Shown: positions 42,666-51,420 of the stretch, in pieces
Position numbering within the stretch: the first letter of the stretch is position 1
Layout: every line of letters begins with the position of its first letter
DNA from: a virus
Strand: one strand, 5' to 3'
DNA: 64,000 nt
Virus record (IMG/VR): IMGVR_UViG_3300024520_000049
Coordinates: 126,499-190,498 of that record
Notes under the pieces: generated by a model
Told to the model about the DNA's origin: nothing
Seen by the model: the letters and a program-made list of their open reading frames with translations, nothing else
Database searches by the model: none
Translations under genes and position numbers: made by a program

Positions 42666-43154
42666 ATGAAGAACATACCCATAATATGCGCCATAGCGGT
42701 GCTGGCAAGTATAAGTATATTTAGTATTGGGTACGCTCTCGGCCGCACCAACGCGCCAGAGCCGAAGTACGCAGACGAGCATACGTGCCCAGAACCGCGT
42801 TGGCCTAATGACCACAAATGCTTATCGGCCTCCAAGGAGGACGTGAATGCTGTGATGATCAAGTGGTCCAACGCTGTCATTGAGAGCATGCCCCGCAACG
42901 CGGAGTGTGAAGTCAAGGCAGGGGATCTTATCATCAACGGCCTCGCCGAGTATCAGCGCGATCCGCAGACGGGTAAGTCCGTCCTGCGGCTCCGCTCTGC
43001 TGATGAGATCATACAAGCAGCGTATCATCGGCCCGCCAAGTCGCTGCTCAACGCAACACCGGCCCCGATACCAAAGCAGCTGCCTGAGGATGAGCGCGGA
43101 CTCATCCGTAAAGGTGCTGGGGGTATCGGCGGGCTGCTTAAGAGGTTATGGTAA
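42666..43154 (+). CDS. membrane-anchored or secreted protein
   Basis: Hydrophobic N-terminus. Confidence 0.65.
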   Translation: MKNIPIICAIAVLASISIFSIGYALGRTNAPEPKYADEHTCPEPRWPNDHKCLSASKEDVNAVMIKWSNAVIESMPRNAECEVKAGDLIINGLAEYQRDPQTGKSVLRLRSADEIIQAAYHRPAKSLLNATPAPIPKQLPEDERGLIRKGAGGIGGLLKRLW

Positions 43155-43196
43155 TCTCCATAGCAGGGTTTAGTCCACCCTGCGCCCACCCGAATG

Positions 43197-43228
43197 CTGC
43201 CTCTGGGGTTCGCTTCAGAGGCAGTTTT
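43197..43228 (+). terminator. terminator between convergent genes
   Basis: ctgcctctg/cagaggcag followed by TTTT. Confidence 0.7.
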
Positions 43229-43239
43229 ATGTACGGGTA

Positions 43240-43503
43240 TTAAAGACCTGGAAGCCGCCGAAGCTGTAGAAGTGCTCGACGGTTAATCTCGTCGATCTTC
43301 TCATTTGACTCTTCGACACTCATGCTGGGGACCAACATCCACCGGCCTTCAACAAATATCCACGTGTCGCCTGTGAGTGCATTGAACTTGTACATGCCTT
43401 CCGTCGTAAACGTCAGGCTGAACTCAGAAGAACTCTCCGGCGCAGGTGGTGCTGTGTGCTTACAGCTGCACAGCAAACATAGGATTATAACGACGTACTT
43501 CAT
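43240..43503 (-). CDS. putative lipoprotein
   Basis: MKYVVIILCLLCSC; YKFNALTGDTW...W motif. Confidence 0.6.
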   Translation of the reverse strand: MKYVVIILCLLCSCKHTAPPAPESSSEFSLTFTTEGMYKFNALTGDTWIFVEGRWMLVPSMSVEESNEKIDEINRRALLQLRRLPGL

Positions 43504-43552
43504 TGTGTAATATATCGTGAACAGCATTAGGAAACAAATCTAGGAGAATGGA

Positions 43553-44110
43553 ATGGCATTTAAGAAGAACACTGTGATGATCATGCGAGCGCCCTCGCAG
43601 TGCGGTAAGACACTGTACGCGAACAAGGCCAAAGCCTACCTCGGCTCTGAGGGCGTCGAGTGCAAGATAGTGTCTGCGGACCACTACTTTGTGAATGAGC
43701 ACAACGAGTATCGCTTCGACCCGTCGAAGCTCGCCATCGCGCACAATCAGTGCTTTGGCAACTTCATGCGCATCGTGACAAGTAAGCCGGCCTCCCGCGC
43801 ACGGGTGGTGATTGTGGACAACACCAACACTCGCCGCTGGGAGTATGAGAACTACAAGCTTCTGGCCCTCCACATGGGCTGGGATGTCGTGCTCTACGAG
43901 ATTCTGCCCGAGACGCGGGAGGGCCTACTAACTGTTCTTGGGCGGTATAATGGGCACGATGTGCCTAAGGAAGTAATCACGCGGCAGTGGGTGGAGTTCC
44001 AGGCGGACTGCTCATCCACAGCGCTGCCTGAAAATCGCACCAAGCGCGTGCGCATCTGGCCGGCATCCATCAACGGCGCTGGGTTGCTAGATAAGAAGCA
44101 TTTGCAGTGA
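43553..44110 (+). CDS. AAA_33 / N4BP2-like P-loop kinase
   Basis: MRAPSQCGKT, SADHYF, AHNQC, IVDNTN..RWE, HDVP. Confidence 0.85.
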   Translation: MAFKKNTVMIMRAPSQCGKTLYANKAKAYLGSEGVECKIVSADHYFVNEHNEYRFDPSKLAIAHNQCFGNFMRIVTSKPASRARVVIVDNTNTRRWEYENYKLLALHMGWDVVLYEILPETREGLLTVLGRYNGHDVPKEVITRQWVEFQADCSSTALPENRTKRVRIWPASINGAGLLDKKHLQ

Positions 44111-44955
44111 TTAACGGCATCGAGGATGCTGATGTAACAACCGAACTCCAGGGTTGGTGGTACGCAGAAGAGCTGTGGGAGGGAACGCTGCAGACGGGGA
44201 CCCCACGTCATAAAGCACTGGCCGAGAAGGAGCTGGCACGGATCCGTAACGGGATATCAGTTGAGGTCGCACAGATACTTGGAAGGAAGGCGGTGGCGCA
44301 AGCCGAAGCCAAACGCAGGGCAGCTGAAGCTATCGTAGTGCTGCGGCGCGCAGAGGAGGAGGCTGCACGGCGGCACGCTGAAACTCCTCATGAGCGCACG
44401 CTACGTCTGGCATGCGAAGCTGCTCGAGCACGTATGCGAAAAGAGGCGGACACGCGTTTAGCTGAGATAGAGGAAGAGAAGCGCAAGAAGAAAGAAGCTC
44501 GGCAGCAAATCAGGGCAATGGCGGAGGCGCAGCAGGAGGCGGAGCGGGCTGAGGAGCGTAGACAGGAAGAGGAGATCCTTGAGCGCCGCCGCCAGGCGCG
44601 TTTGCGCGAAGAGGCTGCTAAGATCCGGGACGAGGAGAATTGGCGCAACCACCCTCTCTACAAGTCCGACCGCCCCGGCGCCTACGGCACTCACGAACTC
44701 TACAAAACCGGGGTGTGCTGTGAGTGTGGTGGTGTACTTATGAGGTACACAGGACCGCAGGGCTACCATTCAGCTGACATAACCTACCTTACACGCACGC
44801 CCCAGACATGCGTGCATTGTGAGGATCCGTTCTATACGCGGAAGCTGATCTGGCAGTCATACCATACACCAGACCGGAAGCCGGACTTTGAGGAGTCTAA
44901 CTTCTGGGAAGATAATCACGCTGACAACGTGATGAAGGCCTACGAAGAGCGGTAA
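44107..44955 (+). CDS. coiled-coil protein with a C-terminal zinc ribbon
   Basis: E/R/A-rich helix; CCECG..CVHC. Confidence 0.65.
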   Translation: MINGIEDADVTTELQGWWYAEELWEGTLQTGTPRHKALAEKELARIRNGISVEVAQILGRKAVAQAEAKRRAAEAIVVLRRAEEEAARRHAETPHERTLRLACEAARARMRKEADTRLAEIEEEKRKKKEARQQIRAMAEAQQEAERAEERRQEEEILERRRQARLREEAAKIRDEENWRNHPLYKSDRPGAYGTHELYKTGVCCECGGVLMRYTGPQGYHSADITYLTRTPQTCVHCEDPFYTRKLIWQSYHTPDRKPDFEESNFWEDNHADNVMKAYEER

Positions 44956-45009
44956 GTGGATCTATTCCGTTTACGGTGATACTATAATAATTAACAAGGA
45001 GACATATAA

Positions 45010-45231
45010 ATGTCAAAGAGAGCGGAACGGCGTGTGCGCCGTGCAGAGAAAGTGAAGATGTTTAGAGAGCAGATCAACGAAGGTCTGAAAGCCACGAAGG
45101 GCAAAGACATGCAGAAGAGGATCAACCAGGTGATGACACGCCTGGCGCGCGCCTTCCCGCAGGAACGCCACCTGCTGACTGAAGCTGCGCGAGCAGAATG
45201 TCTGGAGTTCGAATTAGACTTGGCGGTGTAA
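45010..45231 (+). CDS. small basic protein
   Basis: AAGGAG site after an AT-rich promoter-like stretch. Confidence 0.65.
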   Translation: MSKRAERRVRRAEKVKMFREQINEGLKATKGKDMQKRINQVMTRLARAFPQERHLLTEAARAECLEFELDLAV

Positions 45232-45242
45232 GCGGCAGAAGG

Positions 45243-45797
45243 ATGACACACGCAGATCTCATCAATGTGACGGCCGACCTCGTAGAGGCGAAAACCTATG
45301 CGGAGGTTGGCCTGTGCTTTGGCACACGATTTGATGAGGTTGAGATCCCCTCGAAGTACGGCATCGGCCCCGATGCCGCGCTCTCCCCCTACTTCAAAAT
45401 GACCGTCGCCGAGTTCCATCGAGCGTACACGGGAGTCTACTTCGACATCCTGTACCTCGATGGTCTTCCTTTAGGGTACAGCGAGTGCAAGCTTAACGCC
45501 TTCCACAGCCTGGACTGGATGAAGCCGAACAGCGTGTTCGTGATCAGGGGCGTATGGCCACCACGCCGGCATGCGCTCTCACCCGCCGCCCAGGTGTTCG
45601 CGGAGCTGCTGTCCGATGACAAGTGCTCTGGGTTTAGCATCCCGGACGACAACGGCCTGGGCGTGCTGATGCTCCGACGTTCAGTACACCCGCTCCCGCC
45701 GATCGGCTTCAGCCGCAAGTACCTGCGGGAGCACCCAGAAATACTAAACCAGAGCAGGAACTTCGCCGATGGGTGGTTGGAGCTGATGGCACGATGA
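45243..45797 (+). CDS. degenerate class I SAM methyltransferase
   Basis: TYAEVGL..G and FDILYLDG motifs. Confidence 0.6.
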   Translation: MTHADLINVTADLVEAKTYAEVGLCFGTRFDEVEIPSKYGIGPDAALSPYFKMTVAEFHRAYTGVYFDILYLDGLPLGYSECKLNAFHSLDWMKPNSVFVIRGVWPPRRHALSPAAQVFAELLSDDKCSGFSIPDDNGLGVLMLRRSVHPLPPIGFSRKYLREHPEILNQSRNFADGWLELMAR

Positions 45798-46336
45798 CCA
45801 AGATAACCTCACGACACCAAGCACTCGCACTGTTCAAGCAGGGGCACTATGGCAACGCCGTACCCTCATGGACTTACAAAGAGTTCATCAACCAGCCCTT
45901 GCCTGGGCTGTTCAGTGTTCGGTACCGCGGGGGGATTGGAGGCAGTGGCATATGTGAATACCTCAAGACCTACAAAGAGGCGCTGGAGATCACACGCAAG
46001 AGCAGCTACCCCAGCAAGAACTTCTTCTACAACCAGAGCTGCCCTGATCACCGCTTGGCGATACAGGGAGAGATGCGCCGCACGGTGCAAGGGCTCTACC
46101 TATTTTACTCTATGGCGAAGCTGCCGATGCGCGAAGCACTGAAGGATGGCAAACACGCCGAAGGCCTGCGGGCCAAGATGATGCTGGAGCACTTCTGTGA
46201 CCCCAGCAGCCTGAATGACATCTACTGGCTTTTGGACAAATACGAAGACGCGAGCTTGGAGTTCACAACGTGGTCATGCTGCTTTGGAACTCTGCCCAAC
46301 CGCAACACGGTGGTTTGGGAAGTCCGCCACTATTAA
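45794..46336 (+). CDS. conserved phage hypothetical protein
   Basis: IQGE...MREAL...LEF...NTVVWEVRHY. Confidence 0.7.
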   Translation: MTKITSRHQALALFKQGHYGNAVPSWTYKEFINQPLPGLFSVRYRGGIGGSGICEYLKTYKEALEITRKSSYPSKNFFYNQSCPDHRLAIQGEMRRTVQGLYLFYSMAKLPMREALKDGKHAEGLRAKMMLEHFCDPSSLNDIYWLLDKYEDASLEFTTWSCCFGTLPNRNTVVWEVRHY

Positions 46337-46350
46337 CAAAGGAGGGGGCG

Positions 46351-46539
46351 ATGATACTTATGGAGCGTCCGGCCGCCATGGCCATTTACCGACCCTTTCG
46401 TGATCTGTACGATGTGGCCCACCACCCGCTGATGCCCAAAGCGGTCGCGCTACGGCGGCGGATAACGGAGAAGACTTCGATGGGTGTTCGTGTTGAGCTG
46501 CAAGCTCAAATCGCAGAGGACTCATTTTTCCGCCCCTGA
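46351..46539 (+). CDS. mini-gene, probable array family member
   Basis: 62 aa; AAGGAGG site; ends AQIAED. Confidence 0.5.
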   Translation: MILMERPAAMAIYRPFRDLYDVAHHPLMPKAVALRRRITEKTSMGVRVELQAQIAEDSFFRP

Positions 46540-46622
46540 TACCACCACAGGCTGACTCCTCCAAGGTCGTCTGTGGAGCCAAACACACAATGACAAAGCG
46601 TCGGTATCAGGGGCTTTTTTTA
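46532..46622 (+). terminator. long-range terminator stem enclosing a hairpin
   Basis: gcccctgatacc/ggtatcaggggc followed by T7; inner ccacag/ctgtgg. Confidence 0.6.
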
Positions 46623-46721
46623 ACTCAAGGAGAAACACATGGATAGTTTAGCATCACCGGGAGCTGTGCTCCTGCTCTTATTCTTACTGGCCGCGTTCGG
46701 CCTATATAAGTCTAACGGGAA

Positions 46722-47114
46722 ATGATCGACTGGATACCCGTCGACGAGAAGCTGCCCTGCGTGGGGGAGTTCTACCCACCAGATGGCAGTGCCGGCACAC
46801 CGCAGCCAGGCCAGATGGACAGCGAGGACCTGATCCTCACGAACTGTATAGAGATATGGGTCGGCCACTTGACTTACGACCAGGTGCTTGGCGCCGCCGC
46901 GAAATGCTGGCATTGGCGTATCAACGGCCTCGCCCACGGCAGCGATACGCTCGAGATGCAGGAAGTCACACATTGGGCGCGGGGTGAAGGCCAAGTACCC
47001 TGCCCATGGTGCCACCAGAGCTGGCACCCTCTGGACACGCACGTATGCCTCTGCAGGAAGTGCGGAGAGCCACTAGAAAACACCCAACGAATAGGGAAAC
47101 ACCTATGCATATAG
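46722..47114 (+). CDS. DUF551-like protein
   Basis: WIPVDEKLP ... EVTHW. Confidence 0.65.
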   Translation: MIDWIPVDEKLPCVGEFYPPDGSAGTPQPGQMDSEDLILTNCIEIWVGHLTYDQVLGAAAKCWHWRINGLAHGSDTLEMQEVTHWARGEGQVPCPWCHQSWHPLDTHVCLCRKCGEPLENTQRIGKHLCI

Positions 47115-47476
47115 GGCCAGACGACCTGAAGATGTTCCAGCCCATCCCAGAGGACCCGATGGTGGCGTACCTGATGCACAAGGACGACGCTGTCAAACTC
47201 AGGTACGCCAGCAAGATCGACCAGCTCAGGGGACGGATGCAGCAACTGACCGAGAAGTGCGGAGAGCTAAAAGAAGAGCTTCGTCGCCGGCCGCTGCCAA
47301 CGCGCTTTACTCTGCTGAAGCGCACTGACGCTGTGGCTGTGGCACATGACACAGGTGACGGCTGGTCCCTGGAGTGGGAAGACCTGGAAGGCGAAACCGA
47401 AGAGATACCCTGGCCCTTTGGCGAGCACCTCGTGACGTGCGAGGACTTGCGGAAGGTGGGTTTCACGATTGTATGA
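47105..47476 (+). CDS. hypothetical protein
   Basis: Coupled ORF. Confidence 0.6.
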   Translation: MHIGPDDLKMFQPIPEDPMVAYLMHKDDAVKLRYASKIDQLRGRMQQLTEKCGELKEELRRRPLPTRFTLLKRTDAVAVAHDTGDGWSLEWEDLEGETEEIPWPFGEHLVTCEDLRKVGFTIV

Positions 47477-47491
47477 ATGAGGAGGACTTCA

Positions 47492-47659
47492 ATGATTAGC
47501 GTTAAGCGTCAGGTATGGGATCAGATATGGGATCAGATATGGGAGCAGGTAGAGGCTCAAATATCGGCTCAGGTATCGGATCAGGTATCGGATCAGGTAG
47601 AGGGTCCGGTAGAGAATCAGCTAGCTGATCAGGTACGGGGGGATGTAGATGAACAATAA
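47492..47659 (+). CDS. isolated QVWDQ mini-gene
   Basis: MISVKRQVWDQIWDQIWEQV; same 21-nt leader as at 38750 and 38919. Confidence 0.8.
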   Translation: MISVKRQVWDQIWDQIWEQVEAQISAQVSDQVSDQVEGPVENQLADQVRGDVDEQ

Positions 47660-47673
47660 CGAAAGGACGAATT

Positions 47674-48149
47674 ATGATTGAAGACGACGGACTTAACTAT
47701 TTAGACTCAGCCGTACATGGGCTGGGTAAGGTGAAGCCTCCAGCAGGGAGGATCACCGAGTGGTGGTTCTGGGTTGTGATATGTAACACTGCGCAGAGAA
47801 AGACGTTCAAGACACAGGAGCAGGCCAAAGCGCGCCACGCTGAGTTTGCCCAGGCGCAGATGCGCGCCGAGCACCCGCTCCACTCCGTCACGGTCCAGCA
47901 GGACATCGTGGACGGCATCAATGGTATCATGAACCTCACGGTGCTGCCAGACTGATGCTGCTTTCGGTGCAGCGTCAAGTCAATCATCTACCCTGCAAGG
48001 AAGCCGAGCGGCACCTGTACGAATACTGGCGAGGCTCCACTTGCTTCACGTGGTGGGATTCTGTGTACGAGGCTGTGGACGATGAGGTAGCGGACGTCCT
48101 CGTTGAGGAGCTGAACGACGTTCTGTCAAGCGGCCGCCTGGACACTTAA
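47674..48149 (+). other. orphan gene 47674-47955 and mini-gene 47955-48149
   Basis: The second starts MLLSVQRQV. Confidence 0.55.
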
Positions 48150-48165
48150 TTACGTAACCTTCGTA

Positions 48166-48193
48166 GTTATAACTATATAGACGTAATAGATAC
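48166..48193 (+). promoter_or_regulatory. candidate phage promoter GTTATAACTATATAG
   Basis: Matches 1746-1760 at 14 of 15 nt; both are followed by TAGATAC. Confidence 0.45.
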
Positions 48194-48239
48194 GTGCTGT
48201 GGCAAAAGCCACATAAACTATAACTAATGGAGGTTGAGT

Positions 48240-48590
48240 ATGGACCACATAAAGATCAGCAGCTCGCTGAGCTTCTTTCAGGAGCCAGCGGTTGCTGAGC
48301 ATCTCAGCGCGATGCACCTGATCGTGTCATCGAACGAATACGCGGTCAGGACGTGGGAGCAACGCATCCACCAGACTATCGTGCTCATCCCCGGCATAGC
48401 GGACCTGCGGCCTGAAGATGTGGCGCTCTTTGCCGTCGCGCTTCAGGACCGCATCAGCGCCTGGCGTGATGTGCCAACTGCACATGTTTATGGCTTCAGC
48501 CACATCATGTGCATTAAAGAGGAGCGGCCAACCCCGTTCCCGCCTGTAGAGATTAACCTAAAGGAGTTGTTACATGGACTATCCATATAA
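48240..48590 (+). CDS. hypothetical protein
   Basis: GGAGGT site before ATG 48240. Confidence 0.6.
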   Translation: MDHIKISSSLSFFQEPAVAEHLSAMHLIVSSNEYAVRTWEQRIHQTIVLIPGIADLRPEDVALFAVALQDRISAWRDVPTAHVYGFSHIMCIKEERPTPFPPVEINLKELLHGLSI

Positions 48591-49275
48591 GACGAAGGAA
48601 TCATGGGACGCGGCCACTGACGTGTTCTCGATGCTGGCCTATTCAGGTCTGAGTAATGAGTTGTTGGGTGAGGTGGCGCTCACCCTGGCGCAGTATTGCA
48701 CAGCGGCGATCGCAGGTAATAGCGAGGTGACAACTAAAACAAAGCGTAAAGCAACGCGGTTACGGAGTATCTGCCCGCCACCCAGCCACACCGTGTCAAC
48801 TGCCCAACTACGCCGCGCCGTCGAGCAGCGCAAGCCGCTGCGTCAGCAATTAGCAGAGCTCGCTACAGAGTGTAGCAAGGCGATTGCTGAGAACGACACG
48901 GGTGAAGCGGACCACGGGGCCATGGCTATTCAGCATATGGCCACGCAACTCAGCAGCCCGAAAGACCACGGTGAGTCAGCCGCGTATGCTGCTAAGCATG
49001 CGGCATTAGCTCTCCGCTCACAAGACCGTTCGGCACTGAAGATGGTGCGCAGCATGGTGTCTTGGAAAGCGGTAGCTGAAGCGCAGTGTTTGGACGAAGA
49101 GGTCGAAGACTGCCTGCGGGAAGAGCGGGAAGATAAGATGACGATCGCACTGATCCATAACGTGCAAACACTAACGGGTCTGATAACAGACCAGGATCTG
49201 GCTGGCCCTGAAGTTCAGGCAGCCCTGAAGGATCTTGTTCCTGTGATGAAGGAGTTGATGAAGGAGGTATTATGA
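48574..49275 (+). CDS. helical Ala-rich hypothetical protein
   Basis: AAGGAG site; 233 aa. Confidence 0.65.
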   Translation: MDYPYKTKESWDAATDVFSMLAYSGLSNELLGEVALTLAQYCTAAIAGNSEVTTKTKRKATRLRSICPPPSHTVSTAQLRRAVEQRKPLRQQLAELATECSKAIAENDTGEADHGAMAIQHMATQLSSPKDHGESAAYAAKHAALALRSQDRSALKMVRSMVSWKAVAEAQCLDEEVEDCLREEREDKMTIALIHNVQTLTGLITDQDLAGPEVQAALKDLVPVMKELMKEVL

Positions 49276-49967
49276 AGATGATCATGACAGCCATGCTGCT
49301 GGCCTTTATGGCCACTGCAGCAGAACCGTCGCGCCTGACAAGCGTGAAGGCGATGTTCGACTCCGGTATTAAGAAGCTGGAGGCGGAGCACAAGCAGAAG
49401 GTCAAGCTCTACAGCCAGAAGTACCTGGCCGAGCTTGACCGGATTCAGACTGCCAGCACACGTGCGGGTGATCTGGATGGCGCGCTGCAGGTCCGGGCTG
49501 AGATCCTTCGGGTGAAGCAGCGCCTGGCCGGCAAGACGCCAGCTGTACGTGTGGTCGTGCCTACGGCGGCGGGTAAGCCGGCAGGGTCCAGCCACACGCT
49601 AAAACCTGTGTCTGGAGTGTTCCAGCCGCTAACTCTTGGCGCGCGAATATTCAACAACCCGGATGCTGCCAGTGTCTTTGCACACGTGCCCGAGGAGTTG
49701 GCCGGCAAGCATTATCTGTATACGAGCTACAGCAGCATTGGAGTGTCCGCGTTGGAGGACACGACTGTCTACGTGCTGCCCACGCTCTTCCCGAAGTTCT
49801 GGGATGGAGGGCTGAAGGACGCTTTGGAGCGTTACGGCTTTGTTCCCAGAGGGGAGGTGTTCTTGCTATGTGCCAAAAACGGTGACGAGAGCAGAGTGTA
49901 CACAAAGATGTTAAGAAAAGGCGAGAAAATTATCCTTCCTCGCTGGGCAGTGATTATCGCTGATTAG
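49272..49967 (+). CDS. secreted protein
   Basis: Signal peptide ending ATA-AE; KYLAELD...TRAGDLDGALQVRAEI helix. Confidence 0.75.
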   Translation: MKMIMTAMLLAFMATAAEPSRLTSVKAMFDSGIKKLEAEHKQKVKLYSQKYLAELDRIQTASTRAGDLDGALQVRAEILRVKQRLAGKTPAVRVVVPTAAGKPAGSSHTLKPVSGVFQPLTLGARIFNNPDAASVFAHVPEELAGKHYLYTSYSSIGVSALEDTTVYVLPTLFPKFWDGGLKDALERYGFVPRGEVFLLCAKNGDESRVYTKMLRKGEKIILPRWAVIIAD

Positions 49968-49993
49968 GCTGGATTTTGGCGCCAAGGTCGAGT

Positions 49994-50016
49994 AGAAAGC
50001 CTTCGGGCTTTCTTTT
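49994..50016 (+). terminator. rho-independent terminator
   Basis: agaaagcc-TTCG-ggctttct followed by TTT. Confidence 0.8.
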
Positions 50017-50187
50017 AGCTGTTGCATCTTTGCAAGTAACTACTTACTGTAGTCACTATGAATGTACTTCAATCCTGGTGCGAGGCGAAGAAAGCCTACT
50101 ATACACGCTCCGGGTAACGAGCGGTAGTTGTTTAATCAGCTTAGGGCACAGTTGCTGCAGGTTAATTTTACTTGAGAGTGTACTAAC

Positions 50188-51420
50188 ATGGACTGGTTTA
50201 AGCACAAGAAAGCAGAAGTTGAGACGGAGGATATTGGCATAGGTACGAAGATTTGGGCTAATGCCCACGTCTGTAGAGGGGCGAAGATAGGTAGAGATTG
50301 CGTAATCGGAGAAGGTGTTTATGTGGGACCCGGTGTGGTGATCGGCGACCGCTGTAAAATACAAAACCTCTGTTTGATTTATCACGGAGTTACCGTCGGA
50401 GACGATGTGTTTATAGGCCCTAACGTGGTAACGACCAACGACATCCGACCACGGGCCTACGGTAGCTGGGACAGTAGGTTCCGGGAGACTCGTATCGAGG
50501 ACAAGGTAGCGATTGGTGCAAACTGTACGATTCTATGCGGCGTTACACTTGGAGAGGGTAGTGAAATAGGGTGTGGCTCTGTCGTAACTAAGTCAACAAA
50601 GCCTTGGCATTTGTACTTCGGAAAGGCTGCTGAAAATCGAGGAGTGTCTATTGACAGCAGCCTTTCCGAGGATTCTTCACTGAGCTTGTTTCGACCGGTG
50701 TTGCTGCAGATGCAGCCCAGAAATATACCGGAACCTTTAGCCTCAATACGTCAGAACTTAACCATACCTAGGGTATGGTTTAGAGCTTTTGACGAGCCTG
50801 GTGTTCTCGCGGCGATGAACAGTTTTGTACGCGACAGCAATTATTCTCACTATATTATACATGCGGATGACGCCATTGCGTACAAGCTGGCAGTAGACAC
50901 GATTCTCAACCACGCCCACAACTACGATGTGTTCACTGGGTGGTCCAACATGGACATGGCTGGCGAATATCTCAACAAACAATCCAACGTGTGCGTTGAA
51001 CCGCTTACCTTAAGCCGAGATAAAGGGCCAACCCAGTCGGACTACAGTTGGCTTGACGTGGCGGCCGTACGCGATCGTCCGGAGGTGTTTCAGGTGTCCT
51101 TAGCCACTTTTGCACTCTCGTGTTTTCGCCGCGAAGTACTAATAAGGTACCCCCTCCAAGCGTACTCGAACGGGTGCTCATCTGATCACAACATATCGTA
51201 CCGAATACAACATGACGGGTTTTTCACGATTAGTACTCACCGTGATGCGTTCTGTCGGCATCTACGGCAGGGGTACAAACCCCTGAAAAGGGCGTGGTTG
51301 GTGGGTAAGCAGTCTCCCGAAGTACACTACGAGCTGTATCATACTCAGTATGCATACAGTGGTTCAATTGACTACGTAAGCGAACCCTCGTTTAATACTG
51401 CACTAGCGGAGGCCCAGTGA
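50188..51420 (+). CDS. hexapeptide-repeat (LbH) sugar acetyltransferase fused to a GT-A-like domain
   Basis: IGIGTKIWANAHV..AKIGRDCVIG, FIGPNVVTTND, IGANCTILCG; C-terminal YIIHADD. Confidence 0.85.
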   Translation: MDWFKHKKAEVETEDIGIGTKIWANAHVCRGAKIGRDCVIGEGVYVGPGVVIGDRCKIQNLCLIYHGVTVGDDVFIGPNVVTTNDIRPRAYGSWDSRFRETRIEDKVAIGANCTILCGVTLGEGSEIGCGSVVTKSTKPWHLYFGKAAENRGVSIDSSLSEDSSLSLFRPVLLQMQPRNIPEPLASIRQNLTIPRVWFRAFDEPGVLAAMNSFVRDSNYSHYIIHADDAIAYKLAVDTILNHAHNYDVFTGWSNMDMAGEYLNKQSNVCVEPLTLSRDKGPTQSDYSWLDVAAVRDRPEVFQVSLATFALSCFRREVLIRYPLQAYSNGCSSDHNISYRIQHDGFFTISTHRDAFCRHLRQGYKPLKRAWLVGKQSPEVHYELYHTQYAYSGSIDYVSEPSFNTALAEAQ

